47,508 nucleotides of DNA from Candidatus Microgenomatus sp. (lineage in GTDB: Bacteria; Patescibacteriota; Microgenomatia; UBA8517): NCBI GenBank assembly GCA_020724585.1, contig DYGS01000001.1, forward strand, positions 625,027-672,534, in the 5' to 3' direction. How positions within the stretch are numbered: the first letter of the stretch is position 1; every line of letters begins with the position of its first letter. The notes beneath the pieces are model-generated. The model saw only the letters and a list, made by a program, of their open reading frames with translations. It was not told the DNA's origin and did no database searches. The position numbers and the translations under genes were made by a program. This document shows positions 17,133 to 25,667 of this stretch, piece by piece.

Positions 17133-17723
17133 ATGAAAAGTATTACCTACAGTCTTTATTCACCAAAAAACACTGTTTTTACGGCTAGTGAAATTGCTAT
17201 CCTAATTGGTGAGACAAACATGGACAATTTAAAATCCAAAATAAATCGCCTTGTCAAAAACGGTACTTTAATAAGTTTGAGAAAAGGCTTATATGCTAAA
17301 GGTGATGATTTTAACATCCTTGAGGCTGCTAATAAAATTTTTACTCCATCCTACATTAGCCTTGAAACTGTTTTGCAAAAGAATGGTGTAACTTTTCAAG
17401 ATTATAGCCACACTATTTTTGTAATAAGTTATCAAACAAGAAGCGTCAAGCTTGGAGATTTTACAATTGAATTTAGAAAAGTTAAGAATGATATTTTAAA
17501 TAATCAAGCAGGAATAATAAATGAAAATGGCTATTCAATTGCCACAACCGAAAGAGCTTTTTTAGATAGAATTTATTTATCAGGAAATTATCATTTTGAC
17601 AACTTAGGGCAAATTGACTGGGAAAAAGCCGGAGAACTGGTTAAAATATATGGTAGTAAAATAATGGGAAGGAGGTTAAAAGAGTATGCTTCAGATTACC
17701 ACTCACAATTTGATAATGAATGA
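17133..17723 (+). CDS. abiEi: AbiEi-like antitoxin (pair 3)
   Basis: Listed ORF starts at 17034, but that extension contains the promoter. The ATG at 17133 gives MKSITYSLYS.... LISLRKGLYA, PSYISLETVL and ERAFLDRIYL motifs. Confidence 0.75.
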   Translation: MKSITYSLYSPKNTVFTASEIAILIGETNMDNLKSKINRLVKNGTLISLRKGLYAKGDDFNILEAANKIFTPSYISLETVLQKNGVTFQDYSHTIFVISYQTRSVKLGDFTIEFRKVKNDILNNQAGIINENGYSIATTERAFLDRIYLSGNYHFDNLGQIDWEKAGELVKIYGSKIMGRRLKEYASDYHSQFDNE

Positions 17724-18372
17724 GATTGTCAAAAAAATTTATAGCAATACAAAAATTGCTCCTCTACTTGGTTTTAAGGGTGGAACTGCACTTTATATGT
17801 TTTACAACCTTCCTAGATTTAGTGTGGATTTAGATTTTGACCTTCTTAATCAAAGCAAAAAAGATATTGTGTTTACTGAGGTTACCAAAATAGTCAGTAA
17901 ACTTGGAGTACTTACTGAGCATAAAGAAAAACATTTTAATCTTTATTGGTTATTAAGTTATAAAAAGGGAGAAAAACATTTAAAAGTTGAAATAACCAAA
18001 AGAAGCTTTGGAAGTAGCTACGAATTAAAAAATTCACTTGGAATCCCTGCCCTAGTTATGAAAAAGGAAGATATGTTTGCAAATAAATTAACAGCACTTT
18101 TAGAAAGAAGGAAACTTGCCAATAGAGATATATTTGATATTTGGTTTATGCTTAAAAATGGCTGGAGCATAAACGACGCCTTACTAAAAGAAAGAACAAA
18201 AATGGATGCAAAAAAATATTTAAAAAAATGTCTTAAACTTCTTGAAGAAAATCCACCCAAATACCCTTTAGAAAACTTGGGAGATCTTGTTGATAACAAG
18301 ACTAAGGATTTTATAAAAAGAGATTTGATAAAAGACACCATCTTCTACCTCAAAGCAAACTTTTTAAACTAA
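17686..18372 (+). CDS. abiEii: AbiEii-type nucleotidyltransferase toxin (pair 3)
   Basis: LGFKGGTALYMFYNLPRFSVDLDFD and RDIFDIWFML. An alternative ATG at 17716 would give an ATGA-type overlap with the antitoxin stop. Confidence 0.85.
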   Translation: MLQITTHNLIMNEIVKKIYSNTKIAPLLGFKGGTALYMFYNLPRFSVDLDFDLLNQSKKDIVFTEVTKIVSKLGVLTEHKEKHFNLYWLLSYKKGEKHLKVEITKRSFGSSYELKNSLGIPALVMKKEDMFANKLTALLERRKLANRDIFDIWFMLKNGWSINDALLKERTKMDAKKYLKKCLKLLEENPPKYPLENLGDLVDNKTKDFIKRDLIKDTIFYLKANFLN

Positions 18373-18401
18373 AAACTTACTTGGAGTTAAGAATTGATGT
18401 A

Positions 18402-18746
18402 TTATTTTAATTTTGAGCCCTTACCTTTAACAAATGCCCAAAAATAACCGAGTATATTTGCTTTATAAGCCTCACCGTCTATATAAAAATATTTTCCATC
18501 TTCGCTAAATTCCAGCAAACCTGTTTCCTTGAATTTTTTAGCAGCATGTTCAGCGTCTTCTTTTTGTCTTTCAAGCCTATTACTTAATCTATCTAAAAAC
18601 GCACCCCCAGTATCACCCCCCCCATGTCGACCTGCATTTATAAATGTACCCTTACCAGAAGTTGAGCGAAGAGTGTCTGCTGTATTTACTTTACCTTTTC
18701 TTTGATCATCGCTATTGTGATTAGATTCCATATTGAATATTAACAA
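18402..18746 (-). CDS. hypothetical protein
   Basis: 114-aa ORF (possibly starting at MESNHNS). No recognisable motif. Confidence 0.4.
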   Translation of the reverse strand: MLIFNMESNHNSDDQRKGKVNTADTLRSTSGKGTFINAGRHGGGDTGGAFLDRLSNRLERQKEDAEHAAKKFKETGLLEFSEDGKYFYIDGEAYKANILGYFWAFVKGKGSKLK

Positions 18747-18763
18747 AAAAAAATATTAAAAAA

Positions 18764-19003
18764 TCAATTCTTAATATTGTTCGCGCACATTGACGCTGCC
18801 TCAAGATGTTTCATCTTCATACGATATATTGTTAGTTCATTTCCGATTGAACGGATTATACTATTTACAACATGCTCAAAACTTAGATCGCTATCATTTG
18901 CAACTTCAGCTGTTACAACTAAGTTATCAAAAAAGTTAGGACATTTCTCACCACAGTAACTACTTTCATTAAACGGGCACGGAACTAATAATTCGCCTGC
19001 CAT
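18764..19003 (-). CDS. hypothetical small Cys-containing protein
   Basis: 79-aa ORF with CPFNESSYCGEKCPNFF near the N-terminus. No family recognised. Confidence 0.4.
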   Translation of the reverse strand: MAGELLVPCPFNESSYCGEKCPNFFDNLVVTAEVANDSDLSFEHVVNSIIRSIGNELTIYRMKMKHLEAASMCANNIKN

Positions 19004-19042
19004 ATCAATGGGGATTATATCATTTTTCTTACTTGGAGTTGA

Positions 19043-19114
19043 GAACTGGTATTTCGAAATTTAAACATTTGCGCGCGCAATTGCAAAGCTTTAATGTTTA
19101 AACCTCACCAGTTC
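19043..19114. other. long composite hairpin between two minus-strand genes
   Basis: Outer arms GAACTGGT (19043..19050) / ACCAGTTC (19107..19114). Inner arms TTTAAACATT (19060..19069) / AATGTTTAAA (19093..19102). The loop carries GCGCGCGC, CAATTG and AAGCTT. Confidence 0.6.
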
Positions 19115-19129
19115 CCAACCCTTTTGATC

Positions 19130-19384
19130 TTAACGACCCTTCTTTTTAGCCCCCTTTACAGAATGAGCAAACGGCTTCGGATACTTGCTGGTGACAGGTA
19201 CCCAACCAGAAAGTTTGGGGGGTAAAAACGATCCTGCTTGCCACTGATAGGTGTTGCCGTTGGAGTCGTACCCATATTCTCCAACGATTTGGATCATTCT
19301 GCCGTTTAGAGCCACGGTGTCAAATTTCTTGGCTTCATCAGCGGCGATCTCTGCATCAATTCTCTTTCTCAATGAAAGTGCCAT
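19130..19384 (-). CDS. hypothetical small basic-tailed protein
   Basis: 84-aa ORF preceded by a strong SD (minus strand: AGGAGGTCGAAATG). Visibly more G+C-rich than its neighbours. Confidence 0.55.
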   Translation of the reverse strand: MALSLRKRIDAEIAADEAKKFDTVALNGRMIQIVGEYGYDSNGNTYQWQAGSFLPPKLSGWVPVTSKYPKPFAHSVKGAKKKGR

Positions 19385-19452
19385 TTCGACCTCCTAGTCG
19401 AATTTGAAAATTTCCGCGATCAACGATCACAGATTAGTGTATTATAGGATAG

Positions 19453-19710
19453 TTGTATCTTGATTTGCAAGTTTACTTAATATATACTGCCCGTGTGGCA
19501 GAAAAGAAAACTGAAGAACATCGGGGATTTAGCGTAAATTATGGAGCTGATCCGAAAGATGCTAATTTTGCAAAAATTGGAGAATTTGAATTTAAAGGAA
19601 CTGATAGGTACCAATGGCAAGTTATAGATGGAAAAATAATTTTGATTAGAGTTGTTAAGAATGAAGTTTTATCTCCAAAACCTTTGTTTAGACACAAAAG
19701 TGCATTATAA
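19453..19710 (+). CDS. hypothetical small protein, distant paralog of 19130..19384
   Basis: Listed TTG start at 19453; an in-frame GTG at 19495 is more plausible. Shares GE(F/Y)x(F/Y)...YQWQ with the divergent neighbour. Confidence 0.45.
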   Translation: MYLDLQVYLIYTARVAEKKTEEHRGFSVNYGADPKDANFAKIGEFEFKGTDRYQWQVIDGKIILIRVVKNEVLSPKPLFRHKSAL

Positions 19711-19718
19711 TCCTTCTT

Positions 19719-20594
19719 GTGATTACTAAAACTTTAGAAAAAACAAAGAAACTTGTTTTTCCTGTTATAACTTCCTATTTAGTTGATCCAATATACCCCA
19801 AACAATTTAAAACTTATTCTAAATTTAAAAATGAAGTTAATTTATATTGGGAAATAAACAAAGAATACCCTAACCGTTTAGGTAAATACTTACGCCCTAC
19901 CCTAGTTCGTTTAATTGCAGAAAGTTTAGGAGTAACTGGAAAAAAAGTTATTCAAACAGCTTCTGCAATGCAGATGTCTGAAGAGTGGATTTTAATATCT
20001 GACGACATTGAAGATAATTCTGACGCAAGAAGAGGAAAGCCAACACTTCATAAAATGCACGGTATTGAACTTGCAATTAATGCTAGTGACGCCCTTGAAA
20101 CTATTATGTGGAAAATGATTATTGATATTAACGACCCAAAAATTACAGATGAATTTTACAAAATTCTAATGAGAACAATACTTGGCCAAGCAGTAGAACA
20201 AATCTGGACAAACAAAAAAGAAAAAATAACACCTGAAAAATACTTTTTTGTTGCAGACAGTAAATCTGCATACTATTCCATTGCAGGACCAATAAGGCTA
20301 GGGGCAATTTTAGGTGGATCAACAAAGTCTCAAATTGATAAACTAACTGATTTTGGACTACATCTAGGTCGTTGTTTTCAATTAGTTGATGACATAATTG
20401 ATATTGAACAAGACAAAAAAGAAGGTAAAACTACACTTGTTACAACATTAGGTGTAGAAAAAGTAAAAGAATTGGCAAAACAAGAAAAAGAAAAGGCAGA
20501 AAAAATATTTTCCACTCTTAAATTTTTGAAGCAAAACAAAGCACGCAAAGAATTAAAAGAATTAACAGATTTCGTTTTAAACAGAACAAATTAA
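19719..20594 (+). CDS. trans-polyprenyl diphosphate synthase (GGPP/short-chain type)
   Basis: 291 aa with a GTG start. First Asp-rich motif ISDDIEDNSDARRGKPTLH and second motif FQLVDDIIDIEQD. Confidence 0.85.
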   Translation: MITKTLEKTKKLVFPVITSYLVDPIYPKQFKTYSKFKNEVNLYWEINKEYPNRLGKYLRPTLVRLIAESLGVTGKKVIQTASAMQMSEEWILISDDIEDNSDARRGKPTLHKMHGIELAINASDALETIMWKMIIDINDPKITDEFYKILMRTILGQAVEQIWTNKKEKITPEKYFFVADSKSAYYSIAGPIRLGAILGGSTKSQIDKLTDFGLHLGRCFQLVDDIIDIEQDKKEGKTTLVTTLGVEKVKELAKQEKEKAEKIFSTLKFLKQNKARKELKELTDFVLNRTN

Positions 20595-20617
20595 TCTGTC
20601 TCCAAATCATTTATGCC

Positions 20618-20653
20618 TTGACAGATGCATGTTTTGGTACTAAGATGTACCAA
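20618..20653 (+). promoter_or_regulatory. promoter plus operator-like inverted repeat of AbiE pair 4
   Basis: TTGACA (20618..20623), 17 nt, TAAGAT (20641..20646). TTGGTAC-TAAGAT-GTACCAA (20634..20653) straddles the -10. Confidence 0.6.
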
Positions 20654-20664
20654 ATACTACATCT

Positions 20665-21240
20665 ATGCCAACTCTGAAGTTAATTAAATATTTAAAAGAC
20701 TTAGGTATTAAATTTTTAACTCCGGACATATTATCTTCAATTCTTCAAACAAACAACAGAAACAGTATCTACAAAACAGCTAATAGGCTTTTAAAGCATG
20801 GTCTTTTGCAAAAGATAGACAAGGGTAAGTTTATTTTAACAGAAGCAAATGTTGGTGATTTTGAGATAGCCAATTTTATAATTAGACCTTCTTATATTAG
20901 CCTTGAATCAGCCCTTTCTTTTTATGGCATTTTACCTCAGTTCCCCTATTCAATCACCTCAGTCACAACACTCAGACCAAGGTCGGTTGGAAAATATGAA
21001 TACTCAAGAATATCAAGCAATTTGTTTTGGGGTTACATCAAAAAGGACAACTTTTTAATTGCTACACCTGAAAAAGCACTACTTGATTATACATATCTAG
21101 CTTCTAAAAAGTTGAGAAATTTTGACACTTCTGAATGGGATTTATCAGCTGTAGATATTGACACTTTTAAATCTATCTGTAGTAAGATTAAATTTGCACC
21201 TTTTAGAAAACTTGTTAAAAAATTAAATATTTATGATTAA
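20665..21240 (+). CDS. abiEi: AbiEi-like antitoxin (pair 4)
   Basis: 191 aa. PSYISLESALSFYGIL and PEKALLDYTYL; closest to pair 1. Confidence 0.75.
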   Translation: MPTLKLIKYLKDLGIKFLTPDILSSILQTNNRNSIYKTANRLLKHGLLQKIDKGKFILTEANVGDFEIANFIIRPSYISLESALSFYGILPQFPYSITSVTTLRPRSVGKYEYSRISSNLFWGYIKKDNFLIATPEKALLDYTYLASKKLRNFDTSEWDLSAVDIDTFKSICSKIKFAPFRKLVKKLNIYD

Positions 21241-21982
21241 TTCTTTAGATTTACAAAAATTATCAACAAATTTAGGCATTGATGTCTATACAATACTTAG
21301 AGAATATGTTCAAATAACATTTTTAAATAGTTTATATTTCTATCCTAAAGCTAAAAACCTAGTTTTTAAAGGAGGAACAGCCTTAAGATTTTTTGCCAAC
21401 TCCCCTAGATTTTCAGAAGATTTAGACTTTACTTCTAGTTTAAGCCACAATGATATTGTTACCATAACAGATGAGGCAATAAAGGATTTAAAATCTGAAT
21501 TTAATGATATTGAGATTAAAAATATGAAATCAATATCAGGCCTGAGCCGAAAGATATATATAGATAATGATATTTCATCACAAAAACTAACAATCAAGCT
21601 TGATTTTTCAGAAAGAGAGAAAGTGATAAATTCAAAAATTGGGATAATCAGAACAAATTTGCCTATCATATCAACTACTCCAGTCACATTTCTTGATCTA
21701 AACGAGATCTTGGCAGAAAAAATAAGAGCAATAACTACTAGAAATAAAGGGCGTGACCTTTTTGACTTATGGTTTTTACTTCAAAACAACCATAAACTTG
21801 ATCTAAAACTAATTCAGACTAAATTAGATTATTATAATGAAAAATTTGATAGAGATAATCTTATTAAAACAATAAAAGACTGGGATGAAAAACAACTATC
21901 CAACGATCTTAATAAATTTCTACCAATTAAAGATAGAAAGATAATTCCAGAATTAAAAAGTCTATTGTTGAGTTTAATTTAA
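21233..21982 (+). CDS. abiEii: AbiEii-type nucleotidyltransferase toxin (pair 4)
   Basis: LVFKGGTALRFFANSPRFSEDLDFT and RDLFDLWFLL. 8-nt overlap with its antitoxin. Confidence 0.85.
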   Translation: MINSLDLQKLSTNLGIDVYTILREYVQITFLNSLYFYPKAKNLVFKGGTALRFFANSPRFSEDLDFTSSLSHNDIVTITDEAIKDLKSEFNDIEIKNMKSISGLSRKIYIDNDISSQKLTIKLDFSEREKVINSKIGIIRTNLPIISTTPVTFLDLNEILAEKIRAITTRNKGRDLFDLWFLLQNNHKLDLKLIQTKLDYYNEKFDRDNLIKTIKDWDEKQLSNDLNKFLPIKDRKIIPELKSLLLSLI

Positions 21983-22899
21983 CTCTCCACTACACCAAAA
22001 CTTGTATTATATTTTTTGCGCAGGAGTTTTGATGTAAAAACAACCCAAGGGAACTTTGGAAAGGCATTAAATATCCTTCTTGCCCTACTCCAGAAGTTAA
22101 ATGGCTCTGAAAATAGCCTGTAGACCCACTCAAGTCCATTCTTAGCCATCCACTTCGGGGGCAGACTGGCATTACCGCTTATAAAATTAAAAGTCCCCCC
22201 GACAGCCATCGCACCAGTTGCTCTTAACCTAAAAAAGTTTCTAAATATCCATTTTTCTTGCTTGCCTGGAAGAAGCGCAACAAAAACCAAATCAGGCTCA
22301 AATAACCTAATATCTCCAATTATTTTTTTATGAAGTTTCAAATCATCTTCTGAAACCGGCTGGCAATTTTTGTCATAGATTGGAAATTTATTGTTTGTTT
22401 TAAACTTGACTCTTTTATATTTTTCGCTTAAAACAGCCATTGCAGATTCAGCCTCGCCGTGCTCGCCGCCGTAAAGATAAACCTTCAATTTCTTTTCATC
22501 GGCAATTTTAATTATGTCTAAAAATATTTCTCTACCTTTAATTATTTGCAATCTATTTAATAGATACTCAGGATCTGTAAATGTTGATAAACCTACTTTT
22601 AAACCCTGATAAAAAAGTATAAAGGGTCTAAATATGCCTTTTGGATCGTCCAAATCCATATATTTGTAGGCTTGAGCCAAACCTATTCCATCTGGAAGAG
22701 ATAGATCAGATTTATATATAGCTTTTTTAAGTAGCCAATCTTTCATGGCCATTAAAACAATCTCGGGATTAGGAGTTACTATGTAAAATTTTTCTCTAGA
22801 AGAAAGTCTTTCGCGCACAAAATTTAGCACTTGTTCTCTTGAAGTGCTACTAATCTTGATTCCTAGCAAAGATCCGTGTTTTGGGCCACTTTTCGCCAT
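21979..22899 (-). CDS. WecB/TagA/CpsF-family (GT26) glycosyltransferase
   Basis: 306 aa. IVTPNPEIV, YLYGG, and C-terminal PKWMAKNGLEWVYRLFSEP are typical of the family. Confidence 0.8.
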   Translation of the reverse strand: MAKSGPKHGSLLGIKISSTSREQVLNFVRERLSSREKFYIVTPNPEIVLMAMKDWLLKKAIYKSDLSLPDGIGLAQAYKYMDLDDPKGIFRPFILFYQGLKVGLSTFTDPEYLLNRLQIIKGREIFLDIIKIADEKKLKVYLYGGEHGEAESAMAVLSEKYKRVKFKTNNKFPIYDKNCQPVSEDDLKLHKKIIGDIRLFEPDLVFVALLPGKQEKWIFRNFFRLRATGAMAVGGTFNFISGNASLPPKWMAKNGLEWVYRLFSEPFNFWSRARRIFNAFPKFPWVVFTSKLLRKKYNTSFGVVES

Positions 22900-23004
22900 A
22901 ATTTATACAATTTTTACCGACTTTTCTTGTTTTAAAATCATTTTTTGGTTATTTTTTCCGTCTTTTTTTAAAAAAAATTGTTTTTATTTTCTCCGCAATC
23001 ATAG

Positions 23005-23064
23005 TTTATAATTTATAATTTATAATTTAAAATTCCCTATATACTATATACTACATACTATATA
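23005..23064. repeat. heptanucleotide tandem repeats: (TTTATAA)3 then (CTATATA)4
   Basis: 23005..23025 is TTTATAA x3 (plus a variant to 23032). 23037..23064 is CTATATA CTATATA CTACATA CTATATA, followed by CTTATA CTTATG. Confidence 0.85.
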
Positions 23065-23211
23065 CTTATACTTATGTTTTTCGCTACTTTTGTACAATTT
23101 TTTACTTCAAAAACTAGCCTTATTTTAAGCTACTTACCCACAACATATTAACAATTATTTGTAAATAATCAGAACTTACTATCGGACTATATATTTTCAC
23201 TTTTGTCCTCC

Positions 23212-23246
23212 CTATATACTATATACGATATACTATATACTAATTT
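23212..23246. repeat. second (CTATATA)n heptanucleotide block
   Basis: CTATATA CTATATA CGATATA CTATATA CTAATTT. Shares CCCTATATACTATATAC with 23035..23051. Confidence 0.85.
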
Positions 23247-23256
23247 ATTTTCCGCA

Positions 23257-24264
23257 TCACCCTTTAGTAGTAACACTTCTTTTCCAGAGTTCTATATTTT
23301 CCAAGACAAGTCCTGTCCCTCTAACAACACAGTACAGCGGCTCATCGGCCAAATGAGCGGGAACTCCAGTTTCCTCTGTTATCAGTCTATTTAAATTGCG
23401 CAATGAAGATGTTCCTCCGCTCATAACTATGCCTTTGTCAATAATATCAGCCGCAAGCTCAGGCGGTGTATCTTCCAAGACAGCTTTAATCGCCCCTATA
23501 ATTTGTAAAAGAACGGGTTTTATAGCTTCGGTAACTTCTGTTGATGAGATTGTAACCGTTCTTGGCAAACCAAAGACCAAATCCCGCCCGCTTATTTCCA
23601 GTTTTTCTTCTTTGGAAAGAGGCGTGGCTGATCCAATTTTTATCTTTATATCCTCGGCAGTTGTGTCCCCAACTATCAAATTGTGTTTCTTTTTTAAATA
23701 ATTTTGTATTGCTTCATCAATTTTATTACCTGCAACTCTTGCTGATCGATGAACAACCACTCCGCCAAGAGATAAAACAGCCGCTTCGGTTGATCCTCCG
23801 CCGCTATCGACTATCATATGCCCCGAAGGGGCGGAAACAGGAATTCCGGCTCCAATTGCCGCAGCCAGAGGTTCGTCAATTAAATAGGCATGAGCAGCGC
23901 CAGCCGAGAGAGTCGCATCCAAGGCCGCCCTTCTTTCAACTTGGGTACAGCCCGCAGGAACACAAACCATAACATTGGGCTTAAAAATTTTGCTGCCCCC
24001 AGCTTTTCCAATAAAATACCTAAGCATTGCCTCCGTTGCATGATAATCGGCAATTACGCCATCTTTCATCGGCCTATTAGCAACCAAACTTTCAGGTGTT
24101 CTGCCAAGCATTTTCTTGGCCTCTTCCCCCACTGCCACAATTTTATTGTCATCAACGGTTGTAGCTACGACCGTAGGTTCATTAACAATAAGTCCTTTCC
24201 CGGCAATCCAAACCAAGGTATTTGCAGTCCCCAAATCTATTGCAATATTTATCCTGTTAAACAT
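23257..24264 (-). CDS. mreB: rod-shape-determining actin homolog MreB
   Basis: 335 aa. IAIDLGTANTLV, MKDGVIAD, DEPLAAAIGAG, VDSGGGSTE and IVMSGGTSSLRNL are classic MreB motifs. Confidence 0.95.
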   Translation of the reverse strand: MFNRINIAIDLGTANTLVWIAGKGLIVNEPTVVATTVDDNKIVAVGEEAKKMLGRTPESLVANRPMKDGVIADYHATEAMLRYFIGKAGGSKIFKPNVMVCVPAGCTQVERRAALDATLSAGAAHAYLIDEPLAAAIGAGIPVSAPSGHMIVDSGGGSTEAAVLSLGGVVVHRSARVAGNKIDEAIQNYLKKKHNLIVGDTTAEDIKIKIGSATPLSKEEKLEISGRDLVFGLPRTVTISSTEVTEAIKPVLLQIIGAIKAVLEDTPPELAADIIDKGIVMSGGTSSLRNLNRLITEETGVPAHLADEPLYCVVRGTGLVLENIELWKRSVTTKG

Positions 24265-24295
24265 CTTTAGCTAATTATATAGTATAATTTGGGAT

Positions 24296-25438
24296 ATGGC
24301 TAAAGTTCGAGTTGCCTTGATTTTGTTAACAATGGTCGTTGTTGGAACATTGGGGTATTTTGTATCACTTGTTGCTAGAGGGTATCAGTTTGATAGGGCT
24401 AATTTGAGATTTTTACCAAACGGAATCCTGGCCATAAAATCTGATCCTGATGGTGCCTCCATATTTATAGACGGCAAGCTGACAGGAGCAACAAATTCAA
24501 ACTTGAGGCTTGCACCTAAAACTTACGATCTAAGAGTAGAAAAAGAAGGATTTCTCCCTTGGAGTAAACGAATTACTATTAAAAAAGAGGAAGTTACGCA
24601 GGTAACGGCAGAATTATTTAGAACAGCCCCGTCGCTATCGCCTATTACCTTTGACGGAGCAGCAAACCCCGTTTTATCTCCTGATTTTACAAGAGTTGCC
24701 TATATAAACGATAATATCCTTTGGCTTCTGACAGTATCTAACCTGCCAATTGGATTTAATAATTCACCAAAAAAAATAACTGACGGTGTCGAAGAAAGCG
24801 CCAAATATATTTTTTCACCTGATGGAAGGCAGATACTTTTGACTCAAGGCAGTGCCCATTTTTTACTCGAAACCAATGAGTTTGTCTCCCAATCTCAAAG
24901 AATTAATGTCACGAATAAACTAGCTGAAATTCAGAAAAATTGGGAAGAAGAAAGTAAAACTATTCTGCAATCAAAAATGAGAGGGCTTCCTAATGAATTA
25001 ACTGATATTTTAATCAAAAAAACTTCCAATTTAACATTTTCTCCCGATGAAAAAATGATACTTTATACCGCATCAGGCGAAGCAACGCTAAAAGAAGGCT
25101 TGATACCGCCAATTCCAGGCTCATCTACACAAAAAGAAAGCAGGGATATCAAACCATATCAAACATATGTTTATGATATCAAAGAAGACAAAAATTTCTT
25201 AATATTAGATAAGCAAACTCCTCTTTATTGGCTCCCATCATCAAGGCACTTGATCATACCTGAAGAAAATAAAATTATAATTTCAGATTATGACGGTACA
25301 AACAAACAAGCGGTTTTTAACGGTTCCTATATCTCCCCCCATGCCTATCCTTTTCTGAATAACAGTAAACTTTTAATACTTACAAATTTCGGGTCCAATG
25401 AAAATGCTCCTAACTTATATTCATTAAGTATTAAATAA
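24296..25438 (+). CDS. membrane-anchored PEGA-domain protein with C-terminal beta-propeller-like region
   Basis: N-terminal TM helix. IKSDPDGASIFIDGKLTG...YDLRVEKEGFLPW is a PEGA pattern. TolB-like repeats (FSPDGRQILL, FSPDEKMILY) follow. Confidence 0.7.
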   Translation: MAKVRVALILLTMVVVGTLGYFVSLVARGYQFDRANLRFLPNGILAIKSDPDGASIFIDGKLTGATNSNLRLAPKTYDLRVEKEGFLPWSKRITIKKEEVTQVTAELFRTAPSLSPITFDGAANPVLSPDFTRVAYINDNILWLLTVSNLPIGFNNSPKKITDGVEESAKYIFSPDGRQILLTQGSAHFLLETNEFVSQSQRINVTNKLAEIQKNWEEESKTILQSKMRGLPNELTDILIKKTSNLTFSPDEKMILYTASGEATLKEGLIPPIPGSSTQKESRDIKPYQTYVYDIKEDKNFLILDKQTPLYWLPSSRHLIIPEENKIIISDYDGTNKQAVFNGSYISPHAYPFLNNSKLLILTNFGSNENAPNLYSLSIK

Positions 25439-25441
25439 AGT

Positions 25442-25513
25442 GTCCCCGGGAAGAATTGAACTCCCATCTAAGGATTAGGATTCCTCTGTTCTATCCGTTG
25501 AACTACGGGGACA
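25442..25513 (-). tRNA. tRNA-Arg (anticodon CCU), 72 nt, no encoded CCA
   Basis: Hand-folded cloverleaf on the minus strand. Acceptor GTCCCCG/CGGGGAC, D stem GTTC/GAAC, anticodon stem GAGGA/TCCTT with loop ATCCTAA, T stem GGGAG/CTTCC with loop TTCAATT. Confidence 0.85.
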
Positions 25514-25547
25514 TAAAGTATACTTTAGTGTATTATACAAGAAATAC

Positions 25548-25619
25548 GGAGAGTAGGTCATCGGTAGACCGCCGCGTTCGGGACGCGGAAGCAGAGGGTT
25601 CAATTCCCTCCTCTCCGAC
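25548..25619 (+). tRNA. tRNA-Pro (anticodon CGG), 72 nt, no encoded CCA
   Basis: Acceptor CGGAGAG/CTCTCCG, D stem GGTC/GACC, anticodon stem CCGCG/CGCGG with loop TTCGGGA (G37), T stem GAGGG/CCCTC with loop TTCAATT. Confidence 0.85.
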
Positions 25620-25667
25620 AGCAGTAAGTAACCAGTTTTTCAAACTGTCAACTCCCATTCCGACAAA

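Noticed and set aside
19060-19102. tRNA-like or other known small RNA in the 19004..19129 spacer (TTCGAA-containing segment)
   Set aside because: I could not fold a cloverleaf. There is only a long symmetric hairpin, so it is reported as a structure and not as an RNA gene.
22981-23250. Possible CRISPR array or other spaced-repeat locus in the mreB/TagA-like spacer (and at 34579..34620)
   Set aside because: The repeat units are 7-14 nt and directly tandem with no unique spacers. No cas genes are present. These are microsatellites, not CRISPR.
23396-24270. Three + strand ORFs of 101-136 aa opposite mreB
   Set aside because: They are antisense to an unmistakable MreB gene. They are low-complexity translations with no independent signals.
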